Part shown: piece by piece, positions 13,243-28,200 of the stretch
Numbering within the stretch: the first letter of the stretch is position 1
How the letters are laid out: the number at the start of each line of letters is the position of its first letter
DNA from: Nemertoderma westbladi
Lineage: Eukaryota > Animalia > Xenacoelomorpha
Assembly: GCA_032718475.1 (NCBI GenBank)
Contig: JAUCBJ010004493.1
Span: forward strand, 49,450 to 113,449
Direction: 5' to 3'
Length of the DNA stretch: 64,000 nucleotides
Notes under the pieces: generated by a model
Told to the model about the DNA's origin: nothing
Databases searched by the model: none
Seen by the model: the letters and a program-made list of their open reading frames with translations, nothing else
Program-made: the position numbers and the translations under genes

Positions 13243-16200
13243 GTAATGTATATTTCTTATGAATATTTATTTGTATAATATAACAGTGTAACCAATAACA
13301 ACAGTGTAACCAATAACAACAGTGTAACCAATAACAACAGTGTAACCAATAATAAAGTACATTTGAAACACGAAACACTGTAGGCAACCCGAAGGCTCCT
13401 CTCTATTGGCTGTTACCTATAAGGCAGGGGAGACGCCACACTAACTCCCAAGGGTCAACACTCCGTAAATATCCAACCATTTTTTTACACCCCCAGCAGA
13501 AGCCAGGTTCCCATAATGCGTGTCCATAGTGGCGCGCAATTAAATTTGCAATTAATTAATAATTGCAATTATAGTAGACCTAGTAGCATTAGCGTAATAA
13601 TTAATAATGAAGAATAATTAAAGTAACACGAAATTTCTTTAAATCAACAATACCATCGAAGAATAATTAATTCATTACCACTTTATAAATAATTTGACTA
13701 TAATGACTATAAAAGTGGTTCGGAAAATAACTATAATAAATATGCTAGTGTTTTGAGGGAAGATATTATTGATTAAACTTTAAGTCTAACTGATACTTCC
13801 GATTGCTTCCGGTAGGTTTTATAGCGATGGAATTACATCGCGGATCATTGCGAGTGTCTCTGAGTCGCGGTGACGGGATATTAATTTACGATATGAACAT
13901 CCCGGTAAACGACCGGAAGTGGCATCACGTCAGGTTTCACGTGAATCCTCGTAGACTCAAGCTAGAGGTGGACAACACAACTCGGTCCATGGAATTCAAC
14001 GAACAGGAGGTTAAAGCCAACAACTACCGGTTCCATCTCGACACTCATCTAATGGTGGGCGGTGTTGGTGACGACTACAGAGTTCTAGGTATCCAACACC
14101 GGTTACCATCATTACAGGGTGAGTGATTATAATCGCATTACAGCTACATGTTATAACTTACAGGTATTATAATAATGTTTAAATATAAAAGATGGATGCC
14201 ATCTGGAATTCAGACCTCTCCAGACCTGAGACCTGGACACTGACGAAACCACTTGAACAACGAATTGATGGTTGCTACACAAGACTACTAAGGGCAGCCC
14301 CAGACATCATCTGGAGACATATATAAATATATTTAATTATAGACTTGTGATATAAATCAATTCAAATGCAACACCAGAAAACTTTGTAAAACAAAATCAA
14401 AAGTCCTGCTAATACATGTTAAGCAAAAGTTACCAATAATTAAGTAGGATTGAGTAGGACAAACGCCGAGCTCTATGGTACTTTACCACCTGTATCAACC
14501 ACCCTCCGTGGATGCATATTAAAATTCAGTGGGCCCTACTGGAGAAGTAAAGACGAGGTCATACCAGATCTACTTTACTGGCAACCAACACATGTAAAGC
14601 GTAGCCGTGGACGACCGGCTATAATATATATAGACCAGCTTGAAAGGGATACTGAACTTGGGAGAAACGAAATTGCGACAACTAAGGAGAATCGGGAATC
14701 CTGGAAGGGCCTAATTTCCTCTGTCCGAGTTCGCTCAACCTAGTAGTAGTAAATATAAAATAGGGTAATTTATTATTTTGGGCAGGTTATGTTATTTTTA
14801 AATTAATAGTTATTTATTTTAGTTATTTTAATAATTATATATTTAAATTTATTTCCTAATACAGTAACAGTTATGACCTCTAACGAAAGTTTAATAAATA
14901 TCATTTTTATAAATATCTTTATTAGGAAACGGCGGGTTCAATCCTCTCTTTTCTATTTACTATGGATTTGTACTGTACATACAAAGTCATGTTTGAATTA
15001 ATAAAAAAAATACAAAAATTAATTAAATTTATCTGAGTCTATAATATGGTATATTTGTTATCCAGGAAACAAATATCTCGGAGGATCTTTCTCAGGATGT
15101 ATTAAAGACATACAGATTGATGGCAAAGCATTGGGTTTGAGTGACGCGATTATGACTCACACATACGGCATATGGAACAGTTGTCTGTACGAGTACCCGT
15201 GTCTCAAGAACCCATGTCCTAACAATCAAACCTGCGTTGAGGAAGGATATTCCAGTTACAGATGCCATTGTCTAAATTCGAGGTAAAAAACTTTCTAAAA
15301 GATTCGTAACAAATTAAAGAAAAAAAATGTTAGATTTTTCTTTGTAATTACACAGATGATTTATTCCTACAGGTGTTTGACGGATCCAACGATAACTACC
15401 GTACAAACATTGCCTAAGAGGAAACAAGAATTGGTTAATCTATCGCCATTCGTCGTCTCAGAAGGTGGAAGCATTACCATCACAAACAAAGATATTAAAA
15501 TGAAACCAATAATATCTAAATTTTTAGACATTGGTTCTGTTGTCTTCCATGTTGTCAAGCAACCTCTCCATGGCAACTTAACTAATAAAGCTTCTGGTTA
15601 TCCATCGAGTAACTTCACTATTAACGACCTCGACAATCTGATAATTGTTTACAATCACGACAGTTCCGAATCCGCAACTGATCACTTCCAGATCGACGTC
15701 ACTTTTAACGAATCTGATTTTCAACTCCACAATTCATTAGAAAACGATAGTTTTATCACGGTTTCCATAGCAATTCGCGCTGTTAACGACCCCCCGGTTA
15801 TCAGGGTATTTGAGTCGATTGTTAGACCCGTCAAAGATTCCTTTATTAATTTTACGACATCGATAATTGACGTTGATGATCCTGACTCCTTGGCTTCTGA
15901 GATCAACATCGTGTTACTTAACGCCAAGACAACCGGAGGTCATCTGGAATACAGGGGGGAAAAGATAGACGAATTCTCACTGGAAATGCTTCGCTCCAAC
16001 GAGATTAAATTCTTCCATGAGGTTTGTATTGTACATATTATAGGATACATATTCAATGTGACAAATATGTTCATATATGGCAAATATGTTGCGCAACATT
16101 AAGAGATTTAGATGGCATCAGTAGGAAACATACCATAAATTATCATAAATTAAGATGTTAAACGTGGAAGATTGTAAAGTTATTGATGTTGCATGTTGAT

Positions 16201-19200
16201 GTTAAGGTTTAATAGAACCGTTTGGATATCTGAATCCATATCTCGATCGCCTGAATCGAGTATCAGTTCTTTAAGGTTTCAATAGTTTCATAGCCACATG
16301 GTTAGTAATATTTAAAACTCACGTGTGTCGGACGCCAACAGGTCTAATACCATAAATTATGATTAACGTGATAGCTTATACTGAGCTTTTAATTCGTCTC
16401 CACAGGGGCCAATGGTATCTCAGTTGCTGTTCCATGCTGACGACGGATTGGCTATCAGCTCCAAGGTCATGCTAACAGTATCGGCGCTGTCCATATCCCT
16501 CAACGTGATACACAACCGCGGCTTACGTTTGTACCTCAACGATGCAGTCAGCATCACCTCAGAAGATTTCCTTATAGATACTGACTTAGACGATATCAAC
16601 TGTCATATAAAGTAAGTTTGGGGGGGGTGTTGTTATATTACTATGTTACTATGTAGTTATGTGCACATAACATGTAGGCAGTTAAAATAACGATATCTAG
16701 TGAGATTTATTAAATTTAATTATAAATGTATGTTATTTTCTCAAACCACCCCTCAGTAAGGCACTATGAAAACTATTTATATTTTAACCTCCTAGTTTGT
16801 TTATTGGCAATGTACATTACTGACGTTACTTTTGAAAGCTTTGTCGAATGTTCAGGATAAATTTCTAAGCAATTATAACTTCTCTTTCAGATACACTATA
16901 ACTCATTTCCCCGAATTTGGAGAAATTCAAAAACTCCAGAATGACGGTTTCTGGAAGACCGTAGCTACATTCGACCAGCGCCACATAGACCGAGGCAGGA
17001 TCCGTTACCACAGCAACCCCCGTAGTCACAGCAGCGGGATCCGTTCGGTAGATGACGCCGTGGCGTTGACAGCGACCTGTCTCAGCGCCAGTCTCGCTGA
17101 CATTAAAATCCCCGTGACTATATTCCGGCCTGTCATCTACGTGCAAGCCAACGAGGGGATGGTAATACATAACGATACAAAATCCTACATTCCATTGCGT
17201 TTACTTTCTGTAGAGGTTGTATTAGAAGACGCCGTGGTCTCAGATACCACCAATATTGTATTCCACATTATCAAACAACCAACACACGGATCTCTGCTAG
17301 TTGACAATGTTTCAGTTAAAGAAGGTGGTAACTTCTCTCAATTCGATTTAATTTCCAAAAAAGTCGCGTTTGAAGTCGGACGCAAAACTTTGTTTACAAT
17401 CAATGATAGTTTCGCATTTAGCGTTCAATACGGATCTGTATTTACAGAGACTCTGAAGTTCCCCATACTAACTGTATCATCAGCCGGCGATCTCGAACTC
17501 ATAAACCACGGGCTCACCGTTAAAGAAGGCCAAAAACAAACAATTACGCCGGATAATTTATACGTGGCTGCGAGAAACAAAATGATTCGCTTTCTTTTTG
17601 AGGTTGTTCAGTTTCCTGTTCACGGCGTCATAGCCATCATTGAACCTAGCAGTTTGAACATCATAGAGAGTAACTCATCACGTTTCACCTCAGACGATAT
17701 CAACTCCGGTCAAGTTGTGTACCATCACGATGATAGTGAAAGTAATTCCGACAGGTTTCAATTTGCCGTTTGTCAGAAACAGGATGGTCGAGATAGTTGC
17801 GGCAAAGATGAAGCGACTGAGTTCGGCACATTTTTGGTAAGTTTAATTTGCTCAATTCCTTGGAGGGTGTAGCACTGTTTGGTTGCAGCACTATTTGGGT
17901 GCAGCACTGTTTGGGTGTAGCACTGTTTGGGTGCAGCACTGTTTCGGTGCAGCTCTGTTTGGGTGCAGCACTTTTTGGGTGCAGCACTGTTTGGGTGCAG
18001 CACTGTTTGGGTGCAGCACTGTTTGGGTGCAGCACTGTTTGGGTGCAGCTCTGTTTGGTTACAGCACTGTTTGGATGCAGCACTGTTTGGGTGAAGCACT
18101 GTTTGGGTGCAGCACTGTTTTGGTGCAGCACTGTTTGTATGCAGCACTGTTTGGGTGCATCACTGTTTGGGTGCAGCATTGTTTGGGTGCAGCACTGTTT
18201 GGGTGCAGCACTGTTTGGGTGCAGCACTGTTTGGTTGCAGCGCTGTTTGGAAGCAGCACTGTTTGGTTACAGCACTGTTTGGGTGCAGCACTGTTTGGTT
18301 GCAGCACTGTTTGGGTGCTGCACTGTTTGGGTGCAGCACTGTTTGGGTGCAGCACTGTTTGGTTGCAGCACTGTTTGGGTGCAGCACTGTTTGGGTGCAG
18401 CACTGTTTGGGTGCAGCACTGTTTGGGTGCATCACTGTTTGGTTGCAGCACTGTTTCGGTGCGGCACTGTTTGGGTGCAGCACTGTTTGGGTGCAGCACT
18501 GTTTGGTTGCAGCACTGTTTGGGTGCAGCACGGTTGGGGTGCAGCACTGTTTGGTTGCAGCACTGTTTGGGTGCAGCACTGTTTGGTTGCAGCACTGTTT
18601 GGGTGCAGCACCGTTTGGTTGCAGCACTGTTTGGTTGCAGCACTGTTTGGGTGCAGCACTGTTTGGGTGCAGCACTGTTTGTTTGCAGCACTGTTTGGGT
18701 GCAGCACTGTTTGGTTGCAGCACTGTTTGGGTGCAGCACTGTTTGGGTGCAGCACTGTTTGGGTGCAGCACTGTTTGGGTGCAGCACTGTTTGGGTGCAT
18801 CACTGTTTGGTTGCAGCACTGTTTGGGTGCAGCACCGTTTGGTTGCAGCACTGTTTGGTTGCAGCACTGTTTGGGTGCAGCACTGTTTGTTTGCAGCACT
18901 GTTTGGGTGCAGCACTGTTTGGTTGCAGCACTGTTTGGGTGCAGCACTGTTTGGGTGCAGCACTGTTTGGGTGCAGCACTGTTTGGGTGCAGCACTGTTT
19001 GGGTGCATCACTGTTTGGTTGCAGCACTGTTTCGGTGCGGCACTGTTTGGGTGCAGCACTGTTTGGGTGCAGCACTGTTTGGTTGCAGCACTGTTTGGGT
19101 GCAGCACGGTTGGGGTGCAGCACTGTTTGGTTGCAGCACTGTTTGGGTGCAGCACTGTTTGGTTGCAGCACTGTTTGGGTGCAGCACCGTTTGGTTGCAG

Positions 19201-22200
19201 CACTGTTTGGTTGCAGCACTGTTTGGGTGCAGCACTGTTTGTTTGCAGCACTGTTTGGGTGCAGCACTGTTTGGTTGCAGCACTGTTTGGGTGCAGCACC
19301 GTTTGGTTGCAGCACTGTTTGGTTGCAGCACTGTTTGGGTGCAGCACTGTTTGGGTGCAGCACTGTTTGGTTGCAGCACTGTTTGGGTGCAGCACTGTTT
19401 GGTTGCAGCACTGTTTGGGTGCAGTGATTTTACTGCTACATGCAGCTCTAGCTCAACCCAGACTTTCCATCCTTCAGTAAATCGATAAATGGGAACAAAG
19501 GTAACTTGAGAACTTGGGAAACTATGGAAGGTTTTACAATGAAAGATAGTAGTGGTGTAACAGGCTTTCCCCGGCATAATAAGGCTAAAAGATTATCCCA
19601 TTAAATATGTGTGTTTTGGACATACCATAGGAAAATAATATTGGGATTTTATTCAGAAATTAAAAATTAGGACGGGCGTCACGCGGGGTTGAACCAGCGC
19701 TATACTTAATGTATTAGTGGAGATTGGCTATAACCAGTTATCGCTCTCACGAGTAGGTCCTATAAGCCGAAACTATTCCCTATAGCGCAGGTTCAACCCC
19801 TAAGACAAGAAAAATTGTATTACAGTTGTAGTTAGTCACGGGTGCGACCGACGTATATCTATTATTGTTGGTTATGTAGTATCCTCAGCAGTTTGTATTT
19901 TTGTGAGTAGCTACCGCTAAGATTTTGAACCAACTTCTGTATCCACTAACACAATAATTGCAGATCACAGTTGCCTTGGTAAATGACAACCGTCCTCTAC
20001 CCGTGCACTCCAACAACATTCTCCGTGTAGTGAGGGGCGGATCCCGTTTACTTACAACTGATCTCATCTATTGGACCGACCCAGATACCGACTACAACAG
20101 TTCCCTGCTGCTCTACACCTACGGAATAATCACTAACGGAAAAATCGTGGAAACATCCACCAGAAAGGAAGTACAAAGTTTTCTTCAATTAGAGTTAGAG
20201 GATGAACGTTTAGTATTCCAACACAACACAACGGCACCGGATAGCAGCAGGTAAGCTGATTGTAGATGATACCTAATGATAAAAAATGCATTACATGATA
20301 TTCAAACTGGTTGAGGATGAATAAAATAGGTTAATAGGCGCGGAATTTTGTAATATATTAATTAGGTTCATTTCAGTATAAACTTCCTTCTGTGAACACC
20401 CTACATAATTTATTGTTATCTTTGTGTTGTTATTGTGTATATAATTATTATAATTTCGCTTTATGGACCATACTGGGCCTGAATTGCAGAACATATAATA
20501 GCAACATATGAAAACTGCTAGATTTTTTAGGATGATAAAGAAAATATAGTTAGATCATAGTAATACGAATATCATGTTCATGTTTGAATAATATCATATT
20601 TGAAAGCGACGTAAACGTTATTCTTATTAATCAATCATGTTAACTAATTTACAGTAATGAAACTCAAAATATGCCTGTAAGTAACTAATTGTGTATATAT
20701 TACTTTTCAGCACGGTATTTTGGGTGCACGATGGTAACCAATACGGAACTGGTGTCCTCCGGGTGCGAGCCAACTCACCCTATCTGGAAGTGAACTCGTA
20801 TAATTGGACCTTTAGTGTTCCGAAAGGAGCGGTTAGTTACTAATAATAATCAATTCTATATTCTCGGATGTAATTTTATCATATGAATATTATAACATCA
20901 AAAATCATGTTATCAAAACATTTTCGGAAAAAAATGTATTGTATTGAAACTATGATATCTTACCAAAATATGTACTTATTTACTTCTTGGCTATAAATTA
21001 ATCGACAACATTATAAGCTTTGTTCAAACTTTACATGAACACCAAAAAAACACCATGTCAAGTGTTTAGGACAATGAAAAGTGTATGTACGAGGTAAATT
21101 ATCTCACAGCAGGAGCAGGGTGTTGCTAGTGTACGTATGTGTAGTTACATAGATAGTTACTGCTAAATACAATGTACGTTAATTAACCTGTAAAAATAAT
21201 TAATTAATATTAAGTAATTTAAACAGGACTTAGGATGATCCAGCTTTATAGCAAATGGAGCGGAAAAAATGAATTCACCACCAGCGGAATCCTAAGCCCT
21301 GTTTAAATTACTTAATAATTTATATAATCTATTAATGTTAAAACATATCAATTAATTAATAATATTAAGTTAAGGTAAATTAATTTTTTAGACTTATAAT
21401 TTCACGGACAAAGATCTAACGGTGGAAACGAACATTGATATCAGAAGACCCCAAGACGTTAAGATCAGGGTTACTGAAGGGGCACGCAGGGGGTCAATGA
21501 CATCTCGGGGTCATGTGGTAGACCACTTTACCATAAAGGACGTAAATGATGGCGTCGTGGCATACGAGCATTCTGGGTCGAAAGGCGCCTCCGATTCATT
21601 AACCCTACTCATAAAAGCCGGTAACATTTCTAAAACAGTTAAATATCAAGTCGATATATTCCTATTGAAGAACCAACAATCGCCTGAAATAGTCAGGAAA
21701 ACGAGACTCCAAATCAAACAAAATACCTCAATGATTATAGCGAGAGATAATCTCAGAGCCACTCATCAGTTGCACAAAGCGTCGGCGATTGTTTACAAGA
21801 TAACTGACGGGCCTACCTCCGGCTATATATCCTTGAAACACCGACCCACAACTAGATTCACTCAGTCAGACATAAATCTACGAAACGTTCGATACGTGAA
21901 CACCAAACTCTCTCAGGATGACTCCTTCTTGTTTAATGTCATCTCTGGGACGTCCCTCAACAATGAAGTCTTTCATATCGATATTATCCCGCTCGTTATT
22001 CCGCTCAATGTTAAGAGTTTACGTGTAACCGAAGGTCGAAACGTTAGTCTCAGTTCCGTTGTCCAGGTTACTAATAGCTACTTTCGGGAGAAACAACTCG
22101 AGATACTTATAAGTAAGGCTCCCACTCACGGTACTATTAGGAACTGGCTCGGGGAGGCGTTGGAAGAAATTCCGCTGCAGTTCGATGATAATAAGTACTT

Positions 22201-25200
22201 TTATTGCCACGACGGTGGGGAATCCAACTACGATCGCTTCTCGGTTCGTGTTCGTTGTCTCCAAGGTAACAACTGCACCAGCGCGCTCTATCAGGTTTCA
22301 GTTGAAGTTGATAATGTTGAGGATCAACTACCGGAAGTTGTTACGAATAGAGGGATTAATGTGTTTATTGGGGAAGCGACTCCAATACTCCCTGTTGATC
22401 TGTATACCTTGGATAGAGATACACCAGGTAGGTAACTCGTATGTGTATTGACGGTATGTTTAATGGAATTTACTAAATATTGTTGTTATATGTTTGTATA
22501 TCTGTCTGTTTTGTCATAGTTTTATATAAGCAATTGTTAATTCCAGACAGAAAGACAACAGAAACGGCACAGTGACTACACAGTGATAGTGTAGGCATAA
22601 TGACTACTTTACAGAGTAGGTAAATTAACTACTGTATAAAGTGTTTGCACATTCACAAACTCTACAGTGTAGGCATAGTGACAAAATGTACAGCATAGAC
22701 CAAAGCGACCTTTACTAACTGTTAGTAAAGGTCGCCTTGGTACAGGCACTGTGACTACTGTAAAGTGTATGCGCAGTGACAAACTCTACAGTTTAGGCAC
22801 ATTGAGTGTAGGCACAGTGACTACTGTACAATGTGGAATTGTTGCTGTTCAGGGTAGGCACAGTGACTAATGTACGTAAAGTTGCAGTTACAGTGGCTAC
22901 TGTACACACTGTACGTACAGGGTAGGCACAGTAACAAACAGTAGAGTGTAGGCACAATGACTAATGTACTGTACATTGTAGGGACAGTAACAACTGTACA
23001 GCGTATCTACGGCGACTGCTTTTTAGTGTAGCCACAGTGATTCAGTGTAAGCATGGTGATTACCTGACTACCTCACCTTGTAGACATAGAGACTACTGTA
23101 CAGTGTAGGCATAATCAATACTGTATACAGTGAATAATAAATTATATAATGCATTTATTTTATTTGCATATATTCATCCATTGATTTGATTGAACTGTTT
23201 TGGAAATTGACGAAAGAAATATTAAATTGCAAATTGAGTCCAGTTAGTAAAGTCTTAGTAAAAATTTACTGGCATTGCTTCCAAAATTGTATCAATTTTT
23301 ATTATTTTTGTAAACAATCTGACGGCCATGATAACCTCTATACCTACATACGTACAAGTATATTATACAACACTGTACTTACTGTAGGCTACATTCTACA
23401 CGTTTATTTACTTCAGCCGAACGACTTATCTACATCATTGAAGATATCAGCGGCGGGTACTTAGCGCTCAACACTGATCTCGACTTCCCTTTGAATCGAT
23501 TCACTCAATCGGATATCGACCAAAGTATGGTCTACTACGTGCACACTGGTGAGTTATATTGCTCCTGAGTACCTGAGTAATTCAAGTAAATATGATGGAT
23601 GATCTTTGAAACGTCTTTACATCCTTACATCATTGTTAAAAATATTTTACACATTTAACAGAGTGACATTTGAATAAATGCGATATCATAAATTTATATG
23701 TTAAACAAATTATATAGTATTACTAATAGGTTGAGCGAATGGAAATGTGCGAGTGGAAATGAGGTCCTTCCAGGCTTCCCGATTCTCCATAATTGTCGCA
23801 ATTTCGTTTCTCCCAAGTTCAGTATCCCTTTCAAGTGGATCTATATATGTTATGGCCGGTCGTCCACGGCTACGCTTTCCTTGTGTTGGTTTGCCAGAAA
23901 AGTAGATCTGGTATGACCTCGACTTTACTTCTCCAGCAGTCCAGCAGTGCCCACTGAATCTTAATCTGCGTTCATGGAGGGTGGTTGATACAGGTGGTAA
24001 AGTACCATAGAGCTCGGCGTTTGTCATGTGTTAGTCTCAAGCTGTAGGGGTGTCCTTTGTAGTCTTGTGTAGAAAGCCATCAATTCGGTGTTCAAATGAA
24101 TTTTTCTTCAGTGCCCAGGTCTCACCCGCACCCCCCTATAAAAGTATACTTTCCACTGTGTCTCGGAAGAACATGATAATTCCGGTGACGTGAGAGGTCT
24201 GATTACCAGATGTATCCATTTTTTAGGGGTAACTCATGCTTTTACTTTCCCATCTTCTATGTCTTTTCTGCTTTTTTTCATCCAAGGTACTGGAAGATAT
24301 CAACAAGTTTTAGTTGAATATTATAGATGGCGGTCACGCCCAGTCTTTGGTAGCATTTCTGTACATTTCTCAATTACAAAATGACGCCACATTATACATA
24401 AATTAAATTTTGCTTTGTCATTATGAGCGAAGAAAATAAAAATAGCTCCTATTTGCTTTTGGGACTTGGCAAACTTACCAAGCTTTTAAGTGTAAGAATA
24501 CTTTTAAGTGTAAGAATACACTTAAAAGCATGGTAAGTTTGCCAAGTCCAAACAGCAAATAGGAGCTATTTTCATTTTCATCGCTCCCGGCTTGTTGGTT
24601 TTAATGCTTTACCCATCACTTGCAATAAGAAGCAACTTCTAACAACCTTGCGAAAATATGCAAAAGGTTAGTTAATTTATATTTGGCTTTCCAGTTATTC
24701 GAGTTGTCCGGCATTTCTCAACAGGAAATGAAACCGATGAAACGCTGCGGGTGGGCGGGAAACGCTGCGGGTTGATTTATCGAGCGTTTTATGCGAACGG
24801 ATATCGGATGTAAAGTGAAACCAGAAAAGCATAAACAAACCATTAAAACCGTAAAATATATCAAATTCTTCAAATCATTCCAAAGATATTTTCACCAATT
24901 TGTTAGCATTTGTAGCTCTTTCTTGCTTCCCATAAATCAATTTCCCTAGGGGAATACTGAATCAAACTCATCAAGGAATTCACAGCGTGGAGTTGCTGTA
25001 TATCTTTTCAACTGGCGATTTAATTCTCTGCTTGCACTCCTCGCAGCATGTCAGAGGCGTTACAGAGTCGCCAACCGCCAGGCAAATAAAACCGTGACCC
25101 CTACGGGTCGATGATGGGAATATAGTTGGAACGGTCACGCCTAAAGCAATCAACCTCCCTCGATACACACAGGGCTACAACCCTGGCGCTGTCCGTCCCC

Positions 25201-28200
25201 ATTATGGAACCTCACCACCTACAAATTGGGCTAATTCAATATACCCGAATACCTACGGTTAAATATCCACGTCAGTTACTCGAGAACCCTGAACCCCCAT
25301 CTGTCGCCCGAAAAATAACCCCAGGTACTCCGCGACTGGAAACACACGACTTGCAGGAAAAATTAAACGGGGGCCTGTCACTCGTATAGCCTGAGGGTTG
25401 AACCGCTACTGAGACGTAATCTAGATGGTTAGTTGTACCGCGGTCCCGAGAATACATTCCGCAACGTTTGACTGATTGGCGTTATCGTGTCATGAGTAGC
25501 TAGCTATACACGGCGTCGTGCTCGCCGACGAAAAATCGATAACAAAACTGGAAACTTTCAGTAGCTGCACACAAACCGCGGCCTTTGCGTATATTAGGAA
25601 TACCGGGGATCGCATTAGGGTTTTCCTACCCACTAGCTAGCCTAGTAATACCCAGTGTCCACTGGACCGCTCAGCGGTTGTCGACTATACGTCCACTTTC
25701 CATCCGCAGTTTTCCCACGCGCGGTCCCTAATCCAGCGGAGTAATCTTTTGCGTAGAATCAAACAGCGTGAATGTTAACCATTAAGGTTATTAAATTGCA
25801 GCACATGGTTTCAGCTTTCCGAAGAAGGCCGTTGGACTGGGTTCAGGTAAACGCGAATTAACATTCTTTCATTATAAAATGCAAATTTGTGGGCCTGGGG
25901 AGGGCTTTATGGAATGTCATGTGCACCGCTGGGATTATCAAAGTGTTGTGTTCTAAGCTTCCTGGCGTTTATAATTTGGCCTGCAAGTGACCAGTATCCT
26001 TGGGCGTTTTGGATATGGTGTCACAGTTGGATTAAACTGGGAATGTCTCTTGTCTGAGTGTAAAAGGGAAGGCAGTGTGTGTATCTAAGTTTATTAAAGA
26101 GCCCATAAATCCTTGACCTATAGAGTATAGGTATACTACCTGCACAGTGTACTCACATACCTGCATCACGTAATTGGATTGAATTCTCAGTAAATTTAAT
26201 TTTTTAAAATAAGTGTCATGTGTCGCAATGATGCAATGCATAATAAAATTTATTAACTTATGTACCTACCAGTTACTACAACAGTTACATCAACCCATTT
26301 GTGCGGTACAACGGAAATTTTCTTTCTTTTCCGGAGAAGCCCTATTTCTAAGGAATTTCTTAAAGTGTCCTAATGAATTTCATTTCCTGGTTAATTTCCA
26401 CGATCCTAACGAACTAGGAACAATACTGCCCGTGGGTGAATGTGGAAAATCTTTGAACTATTCTACTGTTGTGCTTATGGTATGAATTTATACAGACGTG
26501 CACACATGCAAGGCATTTATTATCTTACTGTATTTCACCGTAATCGCTGATCCAAGGCCACTGCTTACCGTAATCGCTAATCCAAGGCCACTGCTCACCG
26601 TAATCGCTGATCCATGACCACTGTAGTTAATTATTCTATCTATGTGTATACACAGTTATCCTTTAATGGTCATAATTTAATTTGTCAACACTTGTCCTAC
26701 ATTAACTTGGACTGATGGGGTATGTAAAATGTCCAACTGTAATAAATACCACATAACCATAACCAAAGTATGACAACCTGTTTTTAACCACCAAGGGATC
26801 TAGTACGGAAATATACGCTGATCATTTGATAGGCATACACTTACCTATCTAGTTCGCATAGGCCTAACCTGGAGTGTAATTTTCTTGAAAATTTAGCTTT
26901 TAGAAAGATAAATTGGGCTTTAAACGCCACAAAATCAATTCAATCTTTTAAGCTATTCAAAAATAGTATTATTCGAAAATTCAATGTTAATTTTCCTTTA
27001 CTTAATTGACTACCTTTTTTTGTTAATATTTTCAATAGCTATCTGATTGCGGCCTGGGGACCCAAACAAATAATAGCACAAACTTTAGAATAATCAAGTT
27101 TGATTGACAAAGGTAACCCAATAGAAAGAGTGCAATTAGTATTAATAAATATATGGGTTGTGAGTATTATTAAAAAAAATACGGCTGATGTTAATAGTGT
27201 TGTTGAATGTTTTCCAACAATGGCGGTACATAATCCCATTATTGGTGGTCATGTTAATATCTTTGGTAAATATAACCCTAAATTATATTTTATTATATTT
27301 CTCGTTTTGAACAAACTAATAAAGTTACCCACGTATAATTCATAAACCAACTCTGTTATTATGTTATCGATACATTTTATTTATATGAATTTATATTTTT
27401 CTACTCGACTACCGCTGATATATTTATTATAGAAGGTGACCGTGGCGGTTTCCGATTCCACGTCAGCGACGGGTTCCACGAGACACTTAACGACGTCTTT
27501 GGCATCAGAGCCAGTAAGCTACAGTTGAGTCTGGCATTGAATATGGTGCTCAATGTTTACCCAAGGGAGAACCGACCAATTACAGGTAGGGAATTGTCTT
27601 AAAAAAGGGAGACCTGACCATTGACCAATCACAGGTAGGGAAGCGCTACACAAGGGAAATCCATCCAATCACAGGTATGGAAGGAATATACAAGGAATAT
27701 TAATCCAATCGCAGGTTGGAAAGCAACCAAGCAAGATCCATCCAATCACAGGTAGGGGACCGTAAAATCAAATAAGAACCGTCCAATCACAGGTAGGGAA
27801 ACATCTACACATTGAAGATCCGACCAATCACAGGTAAGGTGGTTGCTTATACTTTAAAAGTTACATTTGTATATGATGTCCCTGCTACTGTGCAAAGCTG
27901 CTTACTATTAAAATTTATGAGCATATAATGGAGTGAGAAACACAAAGGTAAATAAACGACTAATTACTTGTGTTTTAGAACGTATCCACCGTGGATATAA
28001 CTATATAAGTTTGAGAAAATGAAGCTGGGTCTATAATAATTATTGGCCTAATAATGCAATGTTTTATCTCAACAGAGTATGATCTTAAAGCGATAACCAA
28101 TGACATGCGGAATACCAATAGACCAATTGCATTCTTCGTCGTAAACCAACCGACACACGGAAATCTGCTATTGGTAAACGGTTCAACCATCGCCCCCACC

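Noticed and set aside
17700-19577. Long Cys/Gln-rich ORFs (up to 546 aa) in all six frames
   Set aside because: They are translations of a stop-free 16-bp minisatellite inside a CSPG4 intron.
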